Of a stretch of 64,000 bases of DNA, positions 1 through 15,000 are shown one piece after another (within the stretch, counting starts at the first letter, position 1; each line of letters opens with the position of its first letter). Source of the stretch: the human T2T-CHM13v2.0 reference genome, Homo sapiens. A program made the position numbers and the translations under genes. A model generated the notes under the pieces. It made no database searches, had not been told where the DNA came from, and was given only the letters and a program-made list of their open reading frames with translations. The stretch spans positions 8,992,001 through 9,056,000 of the forward strand of contig CP068257.2 in the NCBI GenBank assembly GCA_009914755.4, written 5' to 3'.

Positions 1-3000
1 CATTCAGGTCCATTGCTTTCCTGTCCATTCCATTTGACTCCATTCCGTTCCAGTCCATTCTATTCGAGTCCATTACATTCCATTCCTTTGCATTCTATTC
101 CATTCCACTCCACTCCACTCCTTTCCCCTCCACTCTGCTCCGTTCCATTCCTTTCCATTTTATTTGGGTCCATTGCATTCCTGTCCATTCCATTCCATTC
201 CATTCCACTCCACTCCACTCCATCCTACCCCAAACCAGTCCATTCCATTCCACTCCTTTCCACTCCATTTTACTCCATTCCATTTGATTCCATTCCATTC
301 CATTGCATTCCATTCCACTCAAATTTAATCCACTCTTTTCAATACCATTCCTTCTCATTCCCTTCCATTCTACTCCATTCCATTCAACTCCACTCCAGTA
401 TATTCAATTCCATTCCACACCATTCTATTCCACTCCATTCCACTGCACTCATCTCCAGTTCATTGCATTCTTTTGGATTCCATTTGATGACATTTGATTG
501 AATTCATTTCAATTCCATTCCCCTCAATACCATTACATTCAATCCCATCCCCTTCAATTCCATTGCATTCGATTCCAATCCAATCCATTCCATTAAACTC
601 CATTCCACTCCACTCCACTCCACTCGACTCCACTCCACTCCTCTCCACTCCACTCCATTCGATTCTAATCCATTCCATTCCTTTCCTTTATTTCGAGTGG
701 ATCTCACTCTGTCACCCAGACTGGAGTGCAGTGGCACAATCTTAGCTCACATTTCACTTCACCATTCCATTCCATTTCATTTCATTCCATTCCATTCCAT
801 TCCCTTTCATTTCATTCCATTCCATTCCATTCCCTTCCATTCCATTCCCTTTCATTTCATTCCATTCCATTCCATTCCCTTCCATTCCATTCCATTCCCT
901 TTCATTCCCTTCCATTCCATTCCATTCCATTCCATTTTCTTACATTCCATTACATTCTATTCCATTCCTCTCCACTCCACTCCAGTAAACTAAACTTCAT
1001 TCCATTCCATTCCACTAAACTCCATTACATTCCAATCCATTCGACTTGATTCTACTAAATTCCATTCCATGCCATTCCATTCCACTCCATTCCATTCCAT
1101 TCCATTCCATTACATTACATTACATCCTGTCCAGTCCATTCTAGTCCTTTGCATTCCATTGCATTCTATTCTGCTTCACTCCACTACACTCCACACCTTT
1201 CCATTCCAATCCACTACAATCCTTTCCATTCTACTCCTCTCCACTACACTCCTTTTATCTCCATTCCTTTCTATTCCTTTCCATTCCTTTCCTTTCCATT
1301 CCATTCCATTCCACTGCATTCCATTACACTCCATTCCATTCCACTGCAATCCATTCAATTACATTCCTTCGCATTCCATTCCATTCGAATCCATTCCACT
1401 CCACTCCATTCAATTCCATTCCAACCAATTCCATTCCACTCCATTCCACTCCACTGCACTCCACTTCACCACATTCCAATCGTTTCCATTCCATTCGATT
1501 ACATTCAATTTATTCCATTCCATTTGATTCGATTGCATTCCATTCCATTCCAATGGATTCCATTCCTTTCCAAACTTTTCCATTCTATTCCAATCCATTT
1601 GATTCCATTCCATCTGATTCCAGTCCTTTCAAGTCCATTCCATTCGAGTCCATTCCATTTGAGTCCTTTCCATTCGACTCCATTCTATTCAAATCCACTC
1701 CATTCCACTCCACTAAACTCCATTCCACTACAGTCCACCCCAATTCACTACACTCCGCTCCAATCCACTCCACTCCATTCCATTCCTTTACACTGCACTC
1801 CATTCCATTCCAATTCTTTCCACTCGATTCCACTAAATTCCATTCAATTCCATTCAGTTCCATTCCATTCCATTCCATTCCATTCCTGTCCATTCCATTC
1901 CATTCCACTGCATACCATTCCACTCCAGTCCACTCCACTCCACGCCATTCAATTACATTCCTTCCCATTCCATTCCATTCCATTCCACTGCATACCATTC
2001 CACTCCTGTCCACTCCACTCCACGCCATTCAATTACATTCCTTCCCATTCCATTCCATTCCACTCCATTCCTCTCCATTCCACTCCATTCAATTCCATTC
2101 CACCCAATCCCATTCCACTCCATTCCACCCCCCTCATCTTCATTTCACCACATTCCAATCAATTCCATTCCATTCGATTCCATTCAATTCGATTCCCTTT
2201 GATTCCATTCCATTCCATTCCATTCCATTCCAATTGCTTCTATTCCTTTCAAAACCATTCCATTCTATTCGAATCCATTCTACTGCATTCCATCTGATTC
2301 CAGTCCTGTCAATATTATTCCATTCGAGTCCATTCCATTCGAGCCCTTTCCGTTCAAGTCCATTTCATTCCACTCCATTCCACTCTACTCCAATCCATTC
2401 CACTCCACTCCCCTCCTTTCCACTCCAATCCATTCCATTCCATTCCACTTCATTCCATTCCATTCCACTCCATTCCATTCCATTCCAATTCACTCCATTC
2501 CATTTCATTCCCCTCCATTCCACTCCATTCCATTCCATTCCAACCCACTCCATTCCATTCCACTGCACTCCACCCCACTCAACTCCATTCCAGCCCATTC
2601 CACTCCACACCATTCCACTTCACCACCTTCCATTCTATTCCATTTGAGGCCATTGTTTTCCATTCCATTCGTTTCCATTCCATTCAAGTCCATTCCATCC
2701 AACTCCATTCCATTCGAGTCAATTCCATTCGAATCCATTACATCCGTGTCCATTCTCTTTGATACCATTCAATTACAGTTCATTCCATTCCAGTTCATTC
2801 CATGCCAGTCCATTCCACTACATTCCTTTCCACTCCATTCCATTCCATTCCAATCCACTCTACTTCACTCCACTCCACTCCACACAATTCCATTCCATTC
2901 CATTTTGCCACATTTCATTTCTTTCCATTCCATTGCATTCCATTCCAGTCCATGCCATTCCTCTCCTTTCAATTCCATTACTTCCCATTCCATTCCATTC

Positions 3001-6000
3001 CACTCCATTCCACTCATCTCCACTCCATTTCACCGCATTCCATTTGAATCTATTCGATGCCATTCGATTCCATTCCATTCAATTCCATTCCCTTTGATTC
3101 CATTTCGTTAGATTCCACTCCATTTGATTCCATTCCATTCCATTCTGTTCCATTCGACTCCATTCAATTCGATTCCATTCCATTCGATTCAATTCTATTC
3201 TATTCAATTCCCTTCCACTCCTCTCCGCTCCACTCCTCTTCACTCCTTTCCATTCCATTCCATTGCATTCCATTAAACTCCACTCCACTTTACCGAATTC
3301 CGCTAGATTCCATTCCATTCAATTCCATTCCATTCAAGTCCATTCCATTTGAGTTCATTCCATTCCATTCCATTCCATTCCACTCCACACCACTCCACTG
3401 TACTCGACTCCACTCCATTCCATTCCACTCCATGCCATTCAAAATACCATTCCATTCCACAACAATCCACTCCATTCCACTACACTCCATTCCACTACAC
3501 TCCACTCCACACCACTCCACTCCATTGCACTCCACTCAATTCCACTCCATTTAATTCCATTTCATTCTATTGCATTCCATTCCACTCCTCTCCACTCCAT
3601 TCAATTCCATTCCTTCCCATTCCATTACATTCCACTCCATTCCTCTCCATTCCATTCCACTACTCTCCATTCCATTCACTTCCATTCCACCCCATTAAAT
3701 TCCACTCCATTCCACTAAACTCCCCTCCACTTCACAGATTCCATTCGATTCCATTTGATGCCTTTCGATTCCATTCAATGTGATTCCATTCCATATGATT
3801 CTATTCCATTGGATTCCATTCGATTCCATTCCATTCCACTGCTCTGCACTCCACTCCACTCCACTCCACTCCATTACTCTCCATTCCTTTCCATTCCATT
3901 CCATACCATACCATTCCATTCCATTCCAATCAACTCCACTCCACTCTGTTCAGTTACATTTTTTCGCATTTCATTCCATTCCACCCCATTCCATTCCACT
4001 CCAATCCACTCCACACCACTCCATTTCACTGCATGCCATTTTATTGCATTCAATGCCATTCGATTCCATTTCATTCGTTTCCATTCCTTTCAATTCAATT
4101 CCCTGCAATTCCATTCCATTCAATTCCATTCCATTTGGTACCATTCCTTTCCACTCCACTCCAATCCATTCCTCTCCACTCTATTCCATTCTATTCCATT
4201 CCAATCCATTCCATTCCAATCAACAACACTCTAGTCCACTCCATTCTATTCCACTGAATTGTATCCCACTCCACTCTACTCCACTCCACTCTATTGAATT
4301 CCATTCCATGGCACTCCACTCTACTCCACAATACTCCACTCCGTTCAAATCCATTCCTCCACTTTCCATTCCGTTCCAATCCATTCCACTCCACTCCACT
4401 GCACTGCATTCAATTCCATTCCACCCCTTTCCTTTCCATTCCATTCCACTTCAGTGCACTGCAATCCACTTTACCGCATTCCTTTCAATACCATTTCATT
4501 CTATTCCATTCCATTCGATTCCATTCCCTTTGATTCTATTATTTTCTATTCCATTTCATTTGATTCCATTCCATTCCATTCCACTCCACTCCATTGCATT
4601 CCCCTCCACCCCTTTCCATTCTATTCCATTCCATTCCATTCCATTCCACTCCATTCCATTCCATTTCATTCCACTCCATTTGATTCCATTCAATTCCACT
4701 CCATTCCATTCAAATTCATTCCACTCCATTCCACTCCATTCAATTGCATTCCATTTCATTCAATTCCATTCCATTCCATTCCCTTTCACTACACTACACT
4801 CCGTTATATTCCTTTCTGTCTCATTCCATTCTTTCCCATTCCATTCCATTCCACTTCATTCACCTTCACTCTTCTAAAGTCCGTTCAGTTCCATTCCACC
4901 CTATTCCATTTCACTCCATTCCACTACTCTGCACTCCAGTGGACCGCATTCCATTCGATTCCATTCGATGCCATTCGAATCCATTCCATTTAATTCCACT
5001 CCGTTCTATTCCACTCCGTTCGTTTCCATTCCATTCGATTCCATTGCATTCAATTCCATTAAATTTGATTCTGTTCCATTCTAGTCCATTCCATTCGAGT
5101 CAATTTCATTCCATTCCATTCGATTATACTGCACTCCACTCTACTCCTCTGGATTCCACTCCATTCAATACCGTCTCATTCCATTCCATTCCATTCCATT
5201 CCATTCCATTCCATTCCATTCCATTTCCTTCCATACCACTCCATTCCATTCCACCCCACTCCACTCCACTCCACTGCACTCCAAAACACTGAGTTACATT
5301 CAACTCCACTGCATTCCAATCCATTCCATTCTATTCCACTCCACTCCACTCAAATCCACTCCATTCCACTCCATTCCATTCCATTCCATTCCATGCCATT
5401 CCATTCCACTCCACTGCACTCCACTCCACACAGTTCAATTACATTTTTTCCCATTGCATTTCATTGAACCGCATTCCATTCCAATCTATTCCACTCCACT
5501 CCACTCCACTCCTCTCCACTTCACCACATGCCTTTCGATTCCTTTCAATACCATTCAATTCCATTCCATTCATTTCCATTCCTTTCGATTCCATTCCACT
5601 CAATTCCATTCTTTGGATTCCATTCAATTCCATTACATTACATTCGATTCCATTCCTTTTGATTCCTTCCCTTTCCACTGTACTGCACTCCATTCCACTC
5701 CACTCCATTTCCTTCCATTCCACTCCAATCCATTCCATTCCATTCCACTCCAGTCCACTCCACTGCATTCCATTGATTTGCATTCCACTCCACTCTATTC
5801 CAACCCATTCCATTGCACTCCACTCCACTCCACAACACTCCACTCCATTCAATTCCATTCCTTCCCATTCCATTCCATACCACTCCATTGCTCTCCACTC
5901 CACAGCATTCCATTAAATTTCATTCCACCTCATTCCTTTCCAATCCATTCCACTGCAGTGCCCTCCACTCCACTGCATTCCATTCGATTCCATTTCATTC

Positions 6001-9000
6001 AATTCCATTCCCTTCGATTCTATTCCATTCCATTCCATTCCATTCATTTCCATTCCATTCCACTCCACTCAATTCCACTCCATTCCATTCCATTCCACTC
6101 CACTCCATTCATTCCATTCCATTCCATACCATTCCATTCCATTTAAATTCATTTGATTCCATTGCATTCCACTCCATTCTATTCAACTCCATCCCACTCC
6201 ATTCCACTCCATTCAATTACATTACATTTCATTCGATTCGATTCCATTCCATTCCATTCCATTCCCTTTCACTCCACTGCACTGTTAAATTCCTTCCCGT
6301 CCCCTTCCATTCTTTCCCATTCCATTCCATTCCACTTCATTCCACTCCACTGCACTCCAGTGAACCACATTCCGTTCGATTCCATTCAATGCCATTCCAT
6401 TCCATTCCATTCGATTCCACTCCATTCTATTCCATTCCATTCAATTCCATTCCATTCGATTCCATTGCATTCAATTCCATTAAATTTGATTCCGTTCCAT
6501 TCAAGTCCATTCCATTCGATTCTATTTCATTCCATTCCATTCCATTCCATTCCATTCCATTCCATTATACTGCACTCCACCCCACTCCTCTGGACACCAC
6601 TCCATTCAATAACATTCCGTTCCATTCCATTCCATTCCATTTCCTGCCATACCCCTCCATTCCATTCCAGTCCACTCCACTCCACTCCACTGCACTCCAA
6701 TCCACTCCATTACATTCCACTCCACTCCGTTCCACTCCATTCCATTTTATTCCACTCAAATCCACTCCACTTCACTCCAATCCACTCCATTCCACTCCAT
6801 TCCATTCCAATCCAATCCAATCCACTCTACAGTGTTCAATTACATTTTTCCCATTGCATTTCACTCCCCCCATTCCATTCCACTCCACTTCGCCGCATGC
6901 CATTCGATTCCTTTCAATGTCATTTGATTCCATTCCATTCATTTCCATTTCTTTCAATTCCATTCCACTCGATTCCATTCCTTTTGATTCCATTCCCTTC
7001 CTTTCCATTCCATTCGATTCCATTCCATTTGATTCCATTCCTTTCCACTGCACTCCACTTATTTCCACTCCACTCCATTCCATTCCATTCCACTCCAATC
7101 CATTCCATTCCATACCACTCCACTCCACTCCACTCCATTCCATTGAATTGCATTCCACTACACTGTACTCCACTCCACACGATTCCATCCCTTTCCATTG
7201 CACTCCACTCCACTCCATAACACTCCACTCCATTCAATTCCTTTCCTTCCCATTCCTTTCCATTCCAATCCATTCCACTCCACTCCATTGTGCTCCATTC
7301 ACTTCCATTCAAACCCATTTCTTTCCAATCCATTCCACTACAGTGCCCTCCACTCCACTTTATCACATTCCATTAGATTCCATTTCATTCAATTGCATTC
7401 CAATAAATTCCGTTCCCTTTGATTCTATTCCGTTCAATTCCATTCCATTCGATTCCATTCAATTCCATTCCATTCCACTCCACTCCACTCCACTCCATTC
7501 CGCTCCATTCCTTTCCATTTCATTCCACTCCACTCCATTCCATTCCATTCCATTCCACTCTATTCCATTCCACTCCATTCCACTCCATTCGATTCCTTTC
7601 CATTCCACTCCATTCCATTGAACTCCATTCCACTCCTTTCAATTGCATTCCATTTCATTTGATTCCATTCCATTCCATTGTCTTCTACTCCACTCCACTC
7701 CATTCAATTCCTTTCCGTCTGATTCCATTCCTTCCCATTCCATCCCGTTCCACTCCATTTCACTCCACTTCTTTCCACTCCATTCAGTTCCATTCCACCC
7801 CATTCCATTCCACTCCATCCCACTCCCCTGCAATCAAGTGGACCGCATTCCATTGGATACCATTCGATGCCATTCAATTCAAATCCATTCGATTCCACTC
7901 CATTCTATTCCATTCCGTTAGATTCCGTTCCATTCAATTCCATTTCATTCAATTCCAATAAATTTGATTCCGTTCCTTTCGAGTCCATACCATTCGAGTC
8001 ATCTGTTTCATTCCATTCCATTCCATTCCGTTCCATTCTACTGCACTCCACTCCATTCCTCTGGAATCCACTCCATTCAATACCATTCCATTCCATTCCA
8101 CTTCATTCCATTCCATTTCATTCCATACCACTTCATTGCATTCCATTCCACTCCACTCCACTGCACTCCACTCCATTCTATTCTACTGCATGCCATTCCA
8201 CTCCATTGCATTTTTTCCACTGCAACGCACTCCACTCCACTCCATTCCATTCCATTCCTCTCCATTCCACTCCACTCCATTCCACTCCACTCCATTCCAC
8301 TCCATTTCATTCCATTCCATTCAATTCAATTTCATTCCATTGCATTCCATTCCACTCCACTCCACTCCATTCCATTCCACTCCACTCCACTCCATTCCAT
8401 TCCACTCCACTCCACTCCATTCACTTCCATTCCATCCCATTAAATTCCACTCCATTCCACTACACTCTACTCCACTTCACAGATTCCATTTAATTCCATT
8501 TAATGCCATTCGATTCCATTCATTGTGGTTCCATTCCATACGATTCTATTCCATTCAAGTCCATTACATTCCATTCCTTTCCACTCCACTACACTCCACT
8601 CAACTCCAATCCACCCCATTACACTCCATTCCTTTCCATTCAATTCCATTCCATTGCATTCCAATCGTTTCCACTCGACTCCACTCCACTCTGTTCAGTT
8701 ACATTTTTTCACATTCCATTCCTTTCCACTCCAATCCACGTCACACCACTCCAGTTCACCGTCTGCCATTTAATTGCATTCAATGCCATTCGATACCATT
8801 CCATTCGTTTCCATTCCTTTCGATTCAATTCCCAGTGAATCCATTCCATTCCATTCCATTCAATTCGATTCCATTCCATTCGATTCCATTCCATTTGATT
8901 CCATTCCTTTCCACTCCTCTCCACTCCATTCCTCTCCATTCCATTCCAATCCATTCCATTCCATTCCACTACACTCCACTTCACTCCATACCATTCCATT

Positions 9001-12000
9001 GAATTTCATCCCACTCCACTCTACTCCACTCTACTCTATTCTATTCCATTCCATTGCACTCAACTACACTCCACAACACTGCACTCCGTTCAATTCCATT
9101 CCTTCCCATTTCATTCCATTCCACTCCATTCCACTCCACTCCACCGCACTCCTTTCAATTCCATTCAACCCCATTCCTTTGCACTCCTTTCAACTCCTGT
9201 ACACTCCAATCCACTTTACCACATTCCTTTCGATTCCATTTTGATTCCATTCCATTAGATTCCATTCCTTCAATTCCATTCCATTCAATTCCATTTCATT
9301 CGATTCCATTCCATTCCATTCCATTCCTTTCCATTCCATTCCATTCCATTCCACTCCACTCCACTCCATTCCATTGCATTCCATTCCATTCCACTCCACT
9401 CCATTCCATTCCATTCCACTATATTCGATTCCATTCTATTCCACTCCATTCCATTCAAAACCATTCCAATCCTTTCCACTCCATTCAAGTGCATTCCATT
9501 TCATTAGATTCCATTCCATTCCGTTCCCTTTCACTCCACTCCACTTCATTGAATTCCTTTCCATCCCATTCCATTCTTTCCCATTCCATTCCATTCAACG
9601 CCATTCCACTCCACTCCACCGCACTCCATTCAATTCCATTCAACCCCTTTCCTTTGCACTCTATTCCACTCCAGTAAACTCCAATCCACTTTACCACATT
9701 CCTTTTGATTCATTTGATTTGATTCCATTCCATTCCATTCCCTTCGATTCCATTCCATTAAATTCCATATCATTTGATTCCATTCCATTCCATTCCATTC
9801 CACTCCACTTCACTTCATTGCATTCCATTCCATTCCACTCCGTTCGATTCCATTCCATTCCACTCCATTCCATTTAAATCCATTCCACTCATTTCCACTC
9901 CATTCAATTGCACTCCATTTCATTAGATTCCATTCCATTCCGTACCCTGTCACTCCACTCCACTCCGTTAAATTCCTTTCCATCCCATTCCATTCTTTCC
10001 CATTCCATTCCACTCCATTCCCCTTCGCTCCTCTCCAGTCCATTTAATTCCATTCCATCCCATTTCATTCCACTATATTCCACTCCACTGCTCTGCAGTG
10101 GACCGCATTCCATTCGATTGTATTTGATGCCATTCAATTCCATTCCATTCGATTCCACTACATTCTATTACATTCCATTCGATTCCATTCCATTTGATTC
10201 CATTGTGTTCAATTCCATTAAATTCGATTCGGTTCCATTCAAGTCCATTCCATTCGAGTCTATTTCATTCCTTTCCATTCCATTCCATTCCATTGCATTC
10301 CATTCAATTCCATTGTACTTCACTCCACTACACTCCTCTGGACTCCACTCCATTCAATAACATTCCATTCCATTCCATTCCATTCCATTTCCTTCCATAC
10401 CACTCAATTGCATTCCATTCCACTCCACGCCACTCCACTCTACTGCACTCCTATCCACTCCATTACATTCCACTCCACTCCAATCCACTTCATTCCCTTC
10501 TATTTCACTCCAATCCACTCCACCCCACTCCACTCCAATCCACTCCATTCCACTCCATTCCATTCCATTCCATTGCATTCCATTCCTTTCCATTCCGTTC
10601 CACTCCACTCCACTCCAGTCCACACTGTTCAGTTACATTTTTTCCCATTGCATTTTGTTCAACCCCATTACACTCCACTCCATTCCACTCCACTCCACTT
10701 CACTTCACCACATTCATTCGATTCCTTTCAATGCCATTCGATTCCATTCCATTCATTTCCGTTTCTTTTTATTCCTTTCCACTCAATTCCATTCCTTTGG
10801 ATTCCATTCAATTCCTTTCCATTCCATTCGATTCCATTCCATTTGATTCTATTCCTTTCCACTGCACTCCACTCCATTCCACTCCATTCCATTCCATTCC
10901 ATTCCACTCCAGTCCATTCCTTTCCACTCCACTCCAGTCCATTCCATTCCACTCCACTCCACTACTTTCCATTGAATTGTATTCCACTCCACTCTACTCC
11001 ACTCCACTCTATTCCATCCCATACCTTTGTACGCCACTCCACTCCACAGCACTCCACTCCGTTCAATTCCATTCTTTCCCATTCCATTCCATTCCACTCC
11101 ATTCCACTCCACTGCCCTGCACTCCATTCAATTCAATTCCATCCCATTCCTTTCCAATCCATTCCACTCCAGTGCCCTCCACTTCACTTTACCACATTCC
11201 ATTTGATTCTATTTAATTTGATTCCATTCCATTCAATTCCATTCCCTTCAATTCTATTCCATTCAATTCCATTCCATTCAATTCCATTTCATTTCACTCC
11301 ACTCCGCTATATTCCGCTCCATTCCGTTCCATTCCATTCCACTCCAATCCACTCCACTCCAATCCATTTCATTCCATTCCATTCCACTCCACTCCATTCC
11401 ATTCCATTTCATTCCATTCCATTCCATTCCACTCCACTCCATTCCATTCCATTCCATTCCATTCCATTCCATTCCATTCCATTCCATTACACTCCATTCG
11501 ATTCCATTCTATTCTGCTCCATTCCATTCAACTCCATTCATCTCCATTCCACTCCATTCAATTGCATTACATTACATTCGATTCCATTCCATTCCATTCC
11601 CTTCCACTCCACTCCTCTCTGTTCAATTCCTTTCCATCCCAATCCATTCCATCCCATTCCATTCCATGCCACTCCATTTCACTCCACTCCTTTCCACTCC
11701 ATTCAATTCCATTCCACCCCTTTCCATTCCATTCCGTTCCACTTCACTGCAATCAAGTGGACCGCATTCCATTGGATTCCGTTCGATGCCATTCGATTCC
11801 ATTCCATTCGATTCCACTCCATTCTATTCCATTCTGTTAGATTCCATTCCATTCGATTCCATTAAATCGATTCTGTTCCATTCGACTCCATTCCATTTGA
11901 CTATGTTTCATTCCATTCCATTCCATTCCATTCCATTCTATTCCATTCCATTCTTCTGCACTCCACTCCACTACCCTGGACTCCACTCCATTCAATACCA

Positions 12001-15000
12001 TTCCATTCCATTCCATTCCTTTCCATTCCACTCCATTGCATTCCACACCACTCCATTGCATTCCATTCCACTCCACTCCACTCCACTGCACTCCACTCCA
12101 CTCCATTCCATTCCATTCCATGCCATTCCACTCCATTCCGTTTCTTTCCACGGCAATCCACTCCACTCAACTCCACTCCCTTCTATTCCTTTCCACTCCA
12201 TTCCACTCCAATCCATTCCATTCCTCTGCCATCCCCTCCATTCCACTCCATTTCATTCCATTCTATTCGATTCAATTTAATTCCATTGCATTCCATTCCA
12301 CTACACTGCACTCCATTCCTTTCCTTCCCATTCCATTCCATTCCACTCCATTCCACTCCATTCCATTCTACTCCACACCACTCCATTCACTTCCATTCCA
12401 CCCCATTGAATACCACGCCTTTCCACTCTACTCCACTCCACTTCACCAGATTCCATTCAATTCCAATTGATGCTATTTGATTCCATTCCATGTGATACCA
12501 TTCCTTATGATTGTATTCCATTCGAGTCCATTCAATTCCATTCCACTCCACTCCACTCCTCTCCACTCCATTCCTTTCCATTCCATTCCACTCCACTCCA
12601 CTCCACACAGTTCAGTTACATTTTGTCACATTCCATTACATTCCACCTCATTCCATTCCTCTCCATTCCACTCCACACCTCTCCACTTCACCTCATGCCA
12701 TTCGATTCCATTCCATGACATTCGATACCATTTCATTCGTTTCCATTCCTTCCGTTTCTATTCCATTCGATTCCATTACTCTCCACTCCACTCCATTCAA
12801 CTCCACTTGATTCAATTCCATTCGCTTCCAATCCATTCCATTCCACTCCTCTCTTTTCCATTCCACTCCACTCCATTCTACTCTTTTCCATTCCATTCCA
12901 CTATATTCCATTCCACTCCACTCAACTCCGCTCCACTCCACTCTAATCCACAACACTCCATTCCATTCCATTCCATTCCATTGCATACTACTCCACTCCA
13001 CTCCCCGCAACTCCACTCCAGTCCATTCAATTCCATTCCTTGCCATTCCATTCCATTCCACTCCACTCCACTCCACTTCATTCCACTCTATTCCACTCTA
13101 TTCCATTCCATTCCATTCCATTCCACTCTTTTCCATTCCATTCCATTCCATTCCATTCCATTCCATTCCATTCCATTTCATTCCATTCCATAGCATTCTT
13201 TCCACTCCATTCCACTCCACTCTGTTCAATTACATTTCTTCCCATTCCATTGCATTCCACTCCATTCCAATCCACCCCACTCCACTCCAATCAATTCCAA
13301 TCCATTCCACTCCATTCCATTCCATCCCCTTCCACTCCATTCCACTCCACTCCAGTACAGTGCATTCCATTTCATTTCATTCCATTTCATTCAATTCAAT
13401 TCCACTCCATTTCATTCCATACCTTTCAATTCCATTTCAATATATTCCTCTCCACTCCACTCCATTCCATTCTGTTCCTTTGCATTCCACTTACCTGGTC
13501 TCCATTCCCATCCATTCAATTCCATTCCACCCCATTCCTTGCCACTACTTTCCACTCCCTCCACTTGTTTCCATTTGATTCCATTCGAAGCCATTCCATG
13601 CAACTCCTCTTTTCAGTTGATCCATTCGATGCCATTCGTTGCCATTCCATTTGATTCCATTTCACTCAAATCAATTCCATTTGATTCCATTCCATTCGAT
13701 TCCATTTCATACGAGTCTGTTCCATTCGGGGACATTCCATTCAAGTCCATTCCATTCGAGTGCATTCCTTTCTAGTCCATTCCATTCCTGTACATAACAT
13801 TCGAGTAAATTTCATTCCATTCCATTCCATTCCATTCCACTCCATCCCAATCCATTCTATTCCATTCCATTGCATTCCACCGCATTCCACTCCATTCCAC
13901 TGCATTCCACTCCACTCCATTCAATTCCATTCAATACAATTCTGTTTCATTTCACTCCATTCCCCTCCACGCCACTACATTCTATTCCATTCCACTCCAC
14001 TCCACTACATTTCACTTCATTCCATTCCACTCCACTCCACTCCACTCCACAACTCTCCACTCCACTCCATTCCAATCAATTCCACTATTTCTACCTCATT
14101 CCATTTAACTCCACTCCATCCCATTCCATTCCAATCCACTGGATTCCATTCTTTGCATATTACTCCATTCCACTGCACTCAACTCAACTCGGTTCAATTC
14201 TATTCCTTACCATTCCATTCTATTCAAATCCATTCGACACCACTCCCCTCTACTGCATTCAATTGCATTCCACGCCATTCTATTCCAATCCATTCCACTC
14301 GACTCCACTCCACCTCATCGAAGTCCACTGTATTCCCTTTCATGCCATTCTATTCCATTCAATTCGACTCCATTCCATTCTATTCCATTCCATTCTAGTC
14401 CATTCCATGCGAGTCCCTTCTATTATATTCCATTCCATTCGAGTCCATTACATGCGAGTTCATTCCTTTCGAGTCCATTCAATTCAAATCCATTCCATTC
14501 AAGTCCATTCTATTCCAGTCTATTCCATTCCAGTCCACTCCCTTCGAGTGCCTTCCATCGAGTCCATTACATTCGTGTCCATTCCTTTCCAGAACATTAC
14601 ATTCCAGTCCATTACATTCGAATCCATTCCATTCCATTCCTTTCAAATCCATTCCATTCCATTCTATTCCATTGCATAATATTCCACTCCACACCACTCC
14701 ACTCCACTCCATTCCATTCCATTGCTTTCTACTCCTCTCCATTCCACTCCAGTCCATTCAATTCCACTCCTTCCAATTCCATTCCATTCCAATCCATTCC
14801 AACCCACTCCAATCCACTCCACTCCTTTCAATTCCATTCCACCTCTTTCCATTCCACTGCATTTCACTCCACCCCACTCCACTTTGCCGTGTTCTATTTG
14901 ATTGCATTTGATGCCATTTGATTCCCTTCCATTCGATTCCTTCCATTCCATTCAATACAATTCAATTCCATTCCATTCGATTCCTTTCAATTGCATTCCA

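Noticed and set aside
4137-4142. KpnI site (ggtacc) as proof of the chr15 D15Z1 1.8-kb KpnI SatIII family.
   Set aside because: I found only one site by eye in about 13 kb, whereas D15Z1 should show one per ~1.8 kb. That is insufficient for a chromosome assignment. It is mentioned only as something to test.
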